Source of the DNA: Euglena gracilis | Taxonomy: Eukaryota | Assembly: GCA_039621445.1 (NCBI GenBank) | Contig: CP154954.1 | Span: 38,487,703-38,551,702 of the forward strand | Direction: 5' to 3' | DNA length: 64,000 nucleotides | Shown here: positions 27,601 through 39,600 of the stretch, in pieces | How positions within the stretch are numbered: the first letter of the stretch is position 1 | Layout: every line of letters begins with the position of its first letter | Made by a program: the position numbers and the translations under genes | Notes under the pieces: model-generated | The model's input: the letters and a program-made list of their open reading frames with translations, nothing else | What the model was told of the DNA's origin: nothing | Database searches by the model: none

Positions 27601-30600
27601 GTCGCTTCCTGGGTTGGTGCTCTTGTCTGCCCTGGTCGGCCCTGGTCAGCAAATGATTGACTGCAGGTGAAGGGTATGCCAATATAAACAAAATGAGCAT
27701 TTTTTGGCGAATTCGGCAATTTCGACCGTTTTGAACATTTTGCCAAAAATAGCCAAAAAAGCAGCCAGAAACAATCGGAGACTGCTGAAAAACAACAACC
27801 AGAAGCAGCCAAAAGTAACCAGAAGCAGTCAAGGCAGCCAGAAGCAGCAAGAAGCATCACCCACTTCCGAAAAATCAGCAAACAAAACACATAATCGGCT
27901 CATGCACAATCAGCTACAGACCTACCGACACAAAGGGCAAAAATGGGCCTCCTGGAGTGTTTTCCCTGAGCTGCTGGTGCGTCCTGTACAAGAGTGCCGG
28001 CGGCGAGCTTTTTTTTTTTCAGCCATGCCCCCCCAACCACCTTCCGATTCCGCCTGGACGGAGCCGCTTCCAGTTCGGGCAACCGACGCGAGGAGAGGCG
28101 CAGCGGGCCAGGGCCCTGGGCCGGGGGCGGGGCCCTTCCGCACGTACGGGTGTGGCGGCTCGTCGGTGTCGATGGGCGCCTGGAGCGCCGGGAGGGGCAG
28201 CGGGGGGCTGGCGGGCCGCGACTCAGGGGGGGGCGGGGGGGGGGGGGGGGCGGCGGCGGGCGAGGTTGGCGGGAGGCTGTCGCCATGGGCGTCACTTGCA
28301 CAATTGATGAAAGTCGGTGGAGCGCAAGCCTGAACCTGTTTCGGCCCCGGGAGGCAGAAAATTACCGGGGGGGGGGGGGGGGGCTCCGGTGTTTGACCTG
28401 CGGGATACACACCCAATGGCTAGTGTGTAATATGGCTAGCCTATTGAAGGTTTCGGGTTAAACACAGGGTTAGGGTTAGGGCACATTGGGCCCAATCTCA
28501 TCATAACTTCCTCATTTTGGCCTAATTCCGACCCTCACCCCTTTCTTGACGACAAATGCAATCCAAACCCTGTCCCTAAAAGTAACAGAATACCTAAAAA
28601 TGTCCATCAGCATGCAATTAAAAAAGTGGGTTCCGCTGGTTAAAAACTGGGCCCATCGCGGGGGACAGTAATTTAAAAACTCCAGAGGCAATGACTAAAC
28701 GATTATACCGGGGAAACTTGCGGCTGAGTTAAAGGAGCAAGAAAAGTGTGGTCCGTTGCGAGCGGCGGCTTCACTGGAGTGGGCGGATCAGGTGAGGACA
28801 CGACCCAATCCCACGAGGCGGTTGTTGCGTTGCGTGCCAGCCGCTGGATTTGACGGATGCAGCCGGTGGGAAGCCAGAGAGCTGAAAGGACCAACGGAAT
28901 GCAGCAAACGTCCCACGGATTCCATTCATCGCTTGGCATGATTGCGCATCTCTTCGGATCAAAAGGCTGGGGGAATGCAAAAACCCACCCGGAGTACAGA
29001 CCCCGCCGTTGTATATGGCAGGACTTCCAGACCCAAGAAGAAGGGCAAAGAAACAAAAGATGGGAAAGCAACCTTCCCAGGATTATATGTTCTTTTAAGA
29101 ACATAGGGGCTTTTCAGGGCAATTTTTTTCGCATTTTGACCCAATGTTCCAGCACCAGATCTCCGATGTTCCGGAATGTTGCCCCGTAAAAAAAGTTTGT
29201 CTGTTGAATTTCAGTCCTAAAAGCACGTTAGTGTGGATTTTGGGAAATTTTGTGGGTGCAAATTACAACCACGATGCATAATATTCCTAAAGACAGCCTG
29301 GAAGCACCATGCTGTCGGGCTGTTCTGGCCCATTTTCCCAAAATGTCACCCAATGTGGCCCAAATTGTCACCACCACATCCCCAAACATGTCGGATCATT
29401 GCTTGTTTAAAAAATACTCCATACTGCATGGTTTTGCTGTTCCTGACGACCGCTGGCATCATATACGACCGCTGGCATCATATGATTGTTCTGGTATACG
29501 CATTCTGCAAAATACCTCCATAAAAACCCCATTTTCCCGAAGACCTTTAGAGCCCTTGTGAAACTTCCAGGACCAACTTCCCTGTGAAATTTCTAGGATT
29601 TTGTGATTTGAGAATTTCTACAAATTTTACAATTCTGCATGTGTGTATGAAATTCAGTTTCGAAAATTAGTTAAGCCATAAGTCAGTTAGGTAAAACAGT
29701 AATTCGCATGCACCTGGCGCAGTTTGGTGATTTGCAGACCTTGTTCAGCAGTGCCACCTGCTGAAACTGGTTTAGTTTTGGCTTTGCCCCTCAAAGCTTC
29801 TTTGGGGGACTTTAAATGACTGTATTGAGTGTTGGTTGACAAACTTCTTTCACTGGAGTCGCACTGTACTGTGCTGCACTCTGTTACAGATCTTATGAGG
29901 TGAAGGAAGTTAATTGGATCAGGGGAGGGGCACAAAACATTTCAAAAAAAAATGCCTCAGATCACCAAACACTTCAAAAATGCCTCAAAGCACCATTCTC
30001 TCATCCAGCACTTTTTGCCAGAAATTTTCGGCAACCCCTGTTTCAGGGTGCGCTGGCTTGCGAACCCTTAGACGGCCGGGAATGCACTTTTCTTGTTGAG
30101 TCACAAAATTTAGGCAGTTTTAGTGAAAATGCGCATCCGCGCATTTTGGACGCGGAGTGCGCAGGTGCGCATTTTGCATGGTTTGATGCCACTTCCAGAC
30201 TGGGGGTAAACACCATAAAAATGAGCTGTTTGGATTTAACGCGACCACAGAGGAACCACCCCCCAGTATTCTGCTTCAACCACGTATCATGCTGTTTACA
30301 GCTGTTTCACGACGACTGTGGTACAGTGCGTGGATGGACACACGCTCAGCACACTCCACACGGCATGCGGAACACAGGTGACGCAGGGAAGCCTGGACGT
30401 GGGGGTGACACCTTGTGTTCACCGATGCGTGCTGATGGCTTCTGGGGGCAGGGCCTGGTGAACCCGGGATGAGCATGGGAGGGAACACCTTGCAGCCACA
30501 GAGACACAGCCCTCCCAAGGTCAAAACAATGGGGGTGTCACTGAGTATCAGGGCCGAAGAATGCGCACCTGCGCATTTTTTGGAAACCCAAAAGAATGCG

Positions 30601-33600
30601 CAGGTGCGCATTTTTTGGAATGGACACAGGCTGCGGGAAGGGGGAATGCGCACACGCGCATTGATGTTGAAGGACACACTGGGTATGGCCTGTTGTTTGC
30701 CTGCCTTGAATGCGAGCTGTGCACCGCTGTGATGTGGTTTCGGGCTTGCAGAACATGGGTGTGTGAGGGGCAATTGAACCAAGAGAATAACCCTGGGCAA
30801 TCATGTCGCTGTACCAGACCACACCTTGAAACACCACACCCGCAGCAGCATGGAAAACCCTGGGCTCGGCGACGGCAGGTGTCAAGGCACAAATTCATGT
30901 CCTTCAGTGACAGGGGAACTGCCCTCCTGCAGCGTAAGTCACCGAACAAATCAGAATGCGCACCTGCGCATTCCACTTCACCCGCTGCAGTCCAGTGCCC
31001 AGCCCAGCTTACGCTGCTCTAATGAACGTGTGGAGCAAGTCACAACGCACATGCAACCGTCCCCCACCTGGGGGAGGTGATAGGGAGGCTGCTGCCAGCG
31101 TTGTCCGACCCCACGCCCCAGAGCGTGCATGGCAGCACACAGCCAATTGGCTCCCTGAACAACCTTATGTTGGGCTGCAGTGCACGGTGCCAGGAGCACT
31201 GCGCCCCACAATTAGGGTCAACGCAGGGGGTTGTGTCTGGTTCCACACACAGTGCACACGGGGTTGGCACCTCGAGAGCGAAACACGCCTGTCACCACCT
31301 TCGGCATTATTGCCAAAAACGGTCTATAAACACAGACTTAATTAATTCACAATCCAAATGGACTCAAAGAAGCGAACACCACTGGTTAGTCCTTGCCCCA
31401 AATTTTCTCCAGACCCTTGATATCGTGAGACAAGCACAAGCACATCACAACAAAAACTTGCCGATAAACCCAGGAAGTTTTTCCGTTCTGCTTTTTCTGT
31501 GTATTACACTGTGTCGTACCAAGGGCATACGGATGAGAAAGGGACTTCAGTGCCCGAGGAAATTCCTCGGTGACGGGCACCCTAATTCCCAAATGCGGTC
31601 AGCAGTCCTTCATGGCATGAGTGAAAAGCCAGTGAATGCGCACATGCGCAAAAAATCGTCCTGTGCCTTTCTTTGAATGACAGCCACTCCGTCGAATATT
31701 TGCACTCCCAGGTGGGTATGCCACCACCCACGCCAACTCCCCCTGCCTGGCCTGGGTTTGAAACCACACAGTTGAAGTGCAGACCTCCCTGTGAGGATCC
31801 AATGGTGTCCGAGGACGAAGCAGCCCTGGAGCGAAACACGGCAGAGGATGACCACCACCTGTGGCCTTGTTGGCAACAAACGTCACCCACCACATAGAAC
31901 ACTTTTTATCATGTACTCAGAGTCAACGCTCCAGCACTGCAAACTACACAACCCCTGGCGGCTGTGAAGACCAAGGAAAGCAAACACACTTTCTCCACAC
32001 CTCATCCGCAATGGCTGCAGTCAAACATGGCACATCGGGGTGAATGCGCACATGCGCATTCCCTTCTTGTGTCTCCCCTTAAAGCACCCTGGTAGGAGGT
32101 TGCTGTACAGGGCCATGCCAAACAACTCAGCACACAAGGTGGAGGCACACCCCGGGAGACGTCCACCCTGCTCTGGCGGCATCCACCTGTGCAATGAGAT
32201 GCCTCTGAAATCGCTAACAAAAAGGCCAGCAGTGCACCATGGGGGTGGCCCTGCCACAATGCTGTGCTGGCACTGGGTTCAGGAGTGCGAGACACAGCTC
32301 CCCACAGCACAGAGAATGCGCACCTGCGCACTCCCCCTCATGAAATGCGCAGGTGCGCACTCTTGTGGATGCCCAGCGCTGCTCCCCTCCTGCTCTCCTG
32401 CAGATAGAATCATAGTCAGCCAGCGAAGGAATGGCCTCAAGAATGCGCACGTGCGCATTCTTGTGCCTCATGCAACCTCGGAGAGGAGCCATTTACATCG
32501 TTTGTGAGGGCTGTTCTGGAGGGTGTTGTCTGTGGCAAAAAGGGTTGAAGTGGGGCTCCGCTCCGTAGCTTTTAAAACCAGTGACACACAGGAGAGGAGT
32601 GCAAGCCAGCCCCCCCCCCTTCCATACCCAGCGGCCCATCCCAAACGTCACACCTAAACACAGGTGGTCGCACATGGTGATGTGCCGTGGTGCCTATGAG
32701 AAGACACATGCGGAGCAGACTGCGTGCGCCACTGGAGGGATGCTGTGCCTGCAACTGTCACAGAGGGGTGCAGTGCACCGTGTGGGATGGCAAACAGCAG
32801 GCAGCCTGAGGAGGGTGACGAGCCCTCCCCAACACACATCTGGTGTGGATTTAAACACACACACCCCACCACTCTCTGAATGCAGACTACACGCACACAC
32901 CAAACACTCGCCAGAGCCCCCTCGTGCCCTGCTTCCAGCACAGGGCACAGAACCTCCTCTCCACTCAAACCGCAGAGACAACAGTGCCCCCTTCCCACAA
33001 CCACCCCCGGGAGCCACAATAACCGTCCAGAACTTCGGGAAAAGGCCGGGACGGGGAGGGGGGTGAATGCGCACCTGCGCATTCACTGGACACCACAAAA
33101 CAGGGGGGACAGCGACAGGTACAACGCCTTCACCTGACGAGGGTTCGTCCTCGTAAAACAGTGTTTTGTGTCGCACCTACTTCGGCAGACGGGGGTTTTC
33201 CCCCGGTCGGCGGAGGTGGAAAACCACCATTTCAAAACGAAAAAAAGTCGGTTTGCCCAGAAAAAAACCCGGGGGTCGAAAGTAGTGGTACCTCCCCCCC
33301 CCCCTTGTCCAACGACCACTAATGTTCGTCTCCGGCCGGGGGGGCGGTCGCTAAAATGGCCAATGTTCGTCTCCGACCAGGGGGGGTGGTCGTTAGACAA
33401 GGGGGGTGGACCCCAAATCGGAGGAAAATTTACCATAGATAGGGTATATGGCCATTTTTGGGCTGTTTTTGGCCATTTATGCTATTCCTTGACTACGGTT
33501 GGCCACTTTTGGCCATTTTTGGACATTTTTGGGGCACTTTTGGGAATTTTTAGGCATTTTTGACCGCTTTTCGCCATGTTTGGTCGCTTTTGGCCACTTT

Positions 33601-36600
33601 TGGCAACTGTTGGCCACACTTTGGCCCCCTTTGCCCATTTTTGGCCACTTTAGGCTGTTTTTGGTTACTTTTGGCCATTTTTGCCTTATTTTTTGCTATT
33701 TTTGGCAACTTTTTGTGAACTTTTGGCCATCCTTTGGCCATTTTAGGCCATTTTGGGCTATTTTTGACTGTTTTTAGCCAACTTTTAGCAATTTTGGCCG
33801 AACCAACATCGTATACAAAAAGATCGTCTCTGACCGGGGGGGGTGGTCGTTAGACAAGCCCGGTCGTTGGACAAGGGGGGGGGGGGATGTACCTCGTTTG
33901 GTACCAGGGGTTTCAGGTGACGGGTCGGCCGCCCCGTCAAGTGATGGCGACACAGTTGGTCACAAAAGAATGCGCAGGTGCGCAAAAAAACCACCAAAAA
34001 TGAAAAGTGCATTCCCGGCCGTCTAAGGAACCGTCAAGCGGGGGGGGGGGCGTACCGGACCCCCCACACAAGCTACCCCCCCCCCTGTGGCATTCTGAAT
34101 TGGAGGTACCTCCCCCCCCTTGTCCAACGACCGCTAAATATCGCTACTGACCGGGGGGTGGTCGTTAGACAAGACTGGGGTCAAAAACGCGAATGTCTGG
34201 GGAAAAAAAGATCACCTGGAAAGAGATCGCTACTGACTGGGGGGGGGGGGTTGGACAAGGCCAGTCGTTGGACAATGGGGGGGAGGTCAGCCTGATCAGA
34301 ACCTCATACACATAGGGCAGTGGGCACCTCCGACCAGACGGGGGGGGGGGGACCAGTGGCTGGGGCCTCCAAACCCGGGGCTGCATCCAGCGGGGCGGCC
34401 CCCGCCGCCACCGCGGCACTGGGGCTGCGGTCCGGCGCGTCCAGAGGGCGGGGCAGCCGCACCACCGGCGGAGGGGTGGGGCAGGGCACGCACCGATGTG
34501 GGAGAATACTTCGGCCGAACCCAGGCTTACATGGAAAGCCTCAAACCTGGCCCAAGTTCGGCCTTGGGTGGGCCGGAATCGCCCACAAAACCCTGACCGA
34601 CCATCAAAATAAGCAATTTTTTTCAGAAGTTTTTTTTATTGTTTTATCATCGTCGTCATCATCATCATCATCATCATCATCATAATCATTATTATTTTTA
34701 TTGAGTCGTGGCACAAAGTGGGGCCCCCATACCACCCCCATACCCCATACCACCCCCATACCCCCCCCCATACCAGGTTTTGAATAGTGCTGAGCTCTTT
34801 ATAAGCGCGCCCCCACCCCTTCATTGACCCCGGCCCGGCGGCCCGACGGCCCGGCAGCCCGGCGGTCCGGCCGGAGGCCCGGCGGCCCGGCCGGCGGCCC
34901 GGCGGCCCGGCGGTCCGGCCGGCGGCCCGGCGGCCCAGCGGCCCGGCCGGCGGCCCGGCGGCCCGGCGGCCCGGCGGCCCGGCCGGCAGCCCGGCGGCCC
35001 GGCGGCCCGGCGGTCCGGCCGGCGGCCCGGCGGTCCGGCCGGCGGCCCGGCGGCCCGGCGGTCCGGCTGGCGGCCCGGCGGCCCGGCGGCCCGGCGGCCC
35101 GGCCGGCAGCCCGGCGGCCCGGCGGCCCGAAAAACGCTCGTTTTCGGATCAAAGCAGTTTTTCTGGGTCCGCGAGGCCAAAAAACATCGTTTCGGGCAAA
35201 AAAAAATTTTTCGATTTTTTTCGACTTTTTTGACCCGGGTTCGACCCAAAGTCACTGGGTCGGCGGCCCAAAACGGGGCGCCGGCGGGTCGAAAAACGCT
35301 CATTTTCGGCTCAAAAACAGTTTTTCTGGGTCCGGGAGGCCAAAAAACATCGTTTTGGGCAAAAAAATTTTTTCGATTTTTTTCGACTTTTTTGACCCGG
35401 TTTTGACCCAAAGTCAATGGGTTGGCGGCCCAAAACGGGGCTGGCGGGTCGAAATACGCTCATTTTCGGCTCAAAAACAGTTTTTCCGCGTCCGGGAGGC
35501 CAAAGGACATCGTTTCGGGCAAAAAAAATTTTTTTTCGATTTTTTTCGACTTTTTTGACCCGGTTTTGACCCAAAGTCAATGGGTTGGCGGCCCAAAACG
35601 GGGCGCTGGAGGGTCGAAAAACACTCATATTCGGCTCAGAAACAGTTTTTCCGGGTCTGGGAGGCCCAAAAACATCGTTTCGGGCAAAAAAATTATTTCG
35701 ATTTTTTTTCGACTTTTTTGACCCATGATGCCCATCATTGGTCATGATGGCCATCCTCGGTCATGATGGGCATCATGGGTCATGATGGGCATCATGGGTC
35801 ATGATGGGCATCATGGGTCATGATGGCCATCATGGGTCATAATGGCCATCATGGGTCATGATGGCCATCATGGGTCATAATGGCCATCATGGGTCATGAT
35901 GGCCATCATGGGTCATGATGGCCATCATGGGTCATGATGGCCATCATGGGTCATGATGGCCATCATGGGTCATGATGGCCATCATGGGTCATGATGGGCA
36001 TCATGGGTCATGATGGGCATCATGACCCATGATTGGCATCATGGGTCATGATGGCCATCATGGGTCATGATGGGCATCATGGCCCATCAGGGTCATGATG
36101 GCCATCATGGGTCATGATGCGCATCATGGCCATCACGGGTCATGATGGCCATGATGGCCATGATGGTCGAAAAACGCCCATTTTCGGCTCGAAAACCCTT
36201 TTCCGGGTCCGGGAGGCCAAGAAGCATGGTTTTGGGTAAAAAAAAATTTTCGATATTTTTCGCCTTTTTTTGGCCGAAAACGGCTAAGTCCACCAGTGGA
36301 AAAAGTGTACAAAATGGCCAGAATCGGCTGAAAAACAGCCGTATCTCGGGATACGCGAACAGTTGTGGGGAAATCAAAATACCGGTAGATGGAGTGTTCC
36401 AAGGGCTTCAATTTAGGTCTCCGGACATTTCTTTTGATTTTGCTTCATTTTGGAAAAATTTTGAAACTATTGATTTTTGGCCGAATTTTGGCTGAAAACG
36501 GCTAAGTCGGACAGTGGAAAAAGTGTACAAAACGGCCATCCGGGCCGAAAACGGCCGTATCTCGGGCCAGGCGGGGAGTTGCGGGGAAATCAAAATACCG

Positions 36601-39600
36601 GCAGATGGGGCGTTCCAAGGGCTTCAAATTAGGTCGCCGGACATTTCCTTTGATTTTGCTTCATTTTGAAGATATTTTGAAAATTGACATTTTTTGGCCG
36701 AAATGGCAGAGTCCAAAGGGGGGGGGGGGTTGGCCAATCCTACCCAGTTTGGACCCCTTCGCGCGTGAATAACTCGGGCCTGGCGGGGAGTTGGGGGTCA
36801 AACCCAGGTGATTCGGAAACTAGGAATCCAGTCGCTCGCGACTGAAAAAAAAAATTTCGGGAACGGGGCCGGGATCATGGTGATAATCCGCCGGTTCCCG
36901 AGGTGGCCCCGAGGGGGGGGGGAGGGGGGGGGAGGGGTTTTCCCCCAGTGGTAAGCTTCGCTCTTACCCATAAAGGGATAAGAGCTCAGCGCCCCCCCCC
37001 CATACCCCCCCCCCCCATACCCCCAAAATTTTTTTTGCCCGAAAAAATGTTTCCCCCGCACCCGGAAAACTTGTTTTGCGCCGAATTTGAGATTTTTTCG
37101 GTGTTTGGGTCCAAAACGGAGCAAAAAAAGACGAAAAAATGCGAAAAAATTTTTTGTCCGAAACCATGGTTTTTGGCCCCCCAGACCCGGAAAACCTGTT
37201 TTTGAGCCAAAAATGAGCATTTTTCGACCGCGCGATGTATGAAACTGTTCGAGTGCCCAGGGGGGGGGGGGCTCCCGCCCGCCCCCCCCCCCGGACCCCC
37301 CCCCGGCAACAAAAATAACCTCATCTTTGTCTACCGACTTTTTTTGTGGGCAAATCGCACGACGTATGAAACTGTTCCAGTGCCCGGGGGGGGGGGGGCT
37401 CCCGCCCCCCCCCCCCCCGGACCCCCCCGGCAACAAAAATAGCCTCATCTTTGTCTACCGACTTTTTTTGTGGGCAAATCGCGCGACGTATGAAACTGTT
37501 CGAGTGGGGGGGGGGGGCTCCCGCCCCCCCCCCCCCCCCCTGGACCCCCCGGCAAAAAAAATAAACCTCATGTTTGTCTCCGAAGTTATTTTGCGGACAA
37601 ATAGCGCGATATATGAAATTTTTCCAGTGGCCCGGGGGGTGAGGGATTGCAGGATCTCCCTTTTTCAGCCAACCACATCAACAATATCCCCAAACACTAT
37701 CCCACCATACCCCCCCCCTACCCCCCAAACCCATACCCCCCACACCCCATACCACCCCCATACCCCCCATACCCCCCCCATACCTCCCCATACCACCCCC
37801 ATACCACCCCCATACCCCAGGTATGGGGGCCCCACTTTGTGCCATATGTGTTTTTATTACAAATAATCATTATTGGTCGTCAAAAAAAAGTTGAAACGGT
37901 GTTTTTTAGTGGTTTACGGTAGATTACTATACTGGCATCATAGCCAATGTTTTACAACAAATAAGTGTTATTTTTTTATTATTTAAAAATAGGTTGTGGT
38001 GAGACATGGGGGCGGGGGCCATTGTTGGCCAACTCAGATTTGCCCCGTGGCACCCAATCTTTTTTCCCCCCCATGCTGGTTTGGTTCAGCAGTTGGGTTA
38101 GTGCCGGACAGCCCAAGAGGAAGCCGGGGAGAAGAAGAAGTCGTCCTGCCTGCAGATGACCGCAGCTCTTTGATAACCATCCTGCGGGGAAACTATGGAA
38201 TACGCCCAACCATGCCTAGCAGGTCTTGGCACAAATTTGAAAAATAGACGAAAAATCCTAATGTTTTGGCAGCGTCGCTGCCATCCCTTGCATTGCTTCC
38301 ATTCCCCCCCGGATGGCGAAACGACACAGGGTTTGCGTTGCATAACTTGGACCCCATGATATTCCCTTCGACAACCAAAGCACGTTGGGTAGTTTTTTGC
38401 GCGGGAGGGCTAAGAACAACAAGAATAGGGTCAGGGTTAGGATTCGGGTTATGGTCCGTCATGGTGTTTTCCCCGAAGCACCCAATTGTCAGAACGTTGC
38501 ACCGTCGAGAAACCGCGCCCTGCCCGTGCCCTGGGCCATGGAGGGGGCAGGGTAGGGGGCAGCGGGCGCCCCGGCCCCGGCGGCCCCCAGCCGGCCGGAG
38601 GCAGGCTCGGAGCGGTGGGGGGACGCCAGCGCGGCGGGGTAGTACTCCCCGAGGAACAGGGACGGCGGGGTGGGGCTGTCGGGGGAGGCGTAAATCTCAG
38701 AGTAGCCACCCCCAGCCTGGAGCAGCCCCCGCCACTCGTCGCCTGGCAGGGCTCTGCGTGCCGCGCCGGTGGGGGAAAGCCCAACCCTGTGCTGTGGGGG
38801 GGGGGGCACCCACAATGCGGCCGTTTGCCTGCGATTGGCACAGGCAGAGCCCTGGGCAGGGGGAGGCGGTTGAGGATTGGCCGGGCTCGTGATCCGCCCC
38901 TTGCTCAACAGCGTCCATTGCTGTGTGGGCCGGGTGGGGTATGCGCATGTATCACTTGTGTCAATGTGCCACGGCAGGTGTCACTTGCAAGCGCCTGTGA
39001 GTGTGTGTGCAGCTGTGTGTGGGTCATGACAGGCCGGGGCTTCCGGGGGTTCGGGTCCCGGCCGAGCCCCGCCGCAGGGAGCGGTTGCGGTCCGGCGTCC
39101 GGCGGCGATTCTGCTCCGCGGCCAGCTGCTGGATGGAGCTCCAGCTGGTCCCCGGCAGCGCCGCCTCCCTTTAAGCCACCCCCCCCCCCCAGGGCTGCAT
39201 GGGACGTCCTGGTGCAAGAGGTCAACTCTGGCACTCGGGAGGTGGGGGGCAGGCACCTATGGTCACTTCCCATTTTGGTGCTCTGGTCGGCCCTGGTCGG
39301 CCCTGGTCGGCCCTGGTCGGCAAATAGTCGGCCATAGGTGGGGGTATCCGCCACAGAAAAAATGTGAAGGGATGCAATGATTTTCTGAATTGTCTCGCCA
39401 AGATCAAAAGGAAGTGCCCCATAAGGCCTCCATTGGCAAGCACCTTCGGTCACCCACCCGCATCGCCCTGCATCGCCCTGCATCGCCCTGCATCACCCTG
39501 CATCGCCTTGCATCGCCCTGCATCACCCTAGAGCCATCCAATAATACCCTATAACCGAAGACCAAAATTCAGGCACACAAATACAGCAGGGGCACTGGAA

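Larger units (their letters stand above)
34709..37844. mobile_element. 3.1-kb inverted-repeat-bounded element filled with tandem arrays (foldback-like)
   Basis: Perfect 25-bp IR TGGCACAAAGTGGGGCCCCCATACC (34709-34733 / 37820-37844); interior almost entirely tandem repeats; no clear TSD. Confidence 0.7.

Noticed and set aside
28050-28286. ATG at 28286 (MATASRQP..) as start of a separate kinase gene
   Set aside because: Not excluded, but another frame ([10 protein letters not shown]..) reads equally well and upstream exon islands lack a clear stop; treated as an internal exon.
28467-28481. TTAGGG units as a telomere
   Set aside because: Only about two units, interstitial, part of a dispersed repeat.
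28700-29900. Unique-looking intronic sequence with short ORFs
   Set aside because: No identifiable homology, termini or exon-like composition.
30128-33986. 18-bp palindromes as CRISPR repeats
   Set aside because: Spacing is irregular (tens to hundreds of bp), orientations are mixed and they lie within TIRs.
34799-35754. Repetitive ORFs of 117-244 aa
   Set aside because: Products of GC minisatellite and 162-bp tandem units.
35722-36165. CRISPR-like array
   Set aside because: Units are contiguous with no unique spacers, no cas genes, eukaryotic context.
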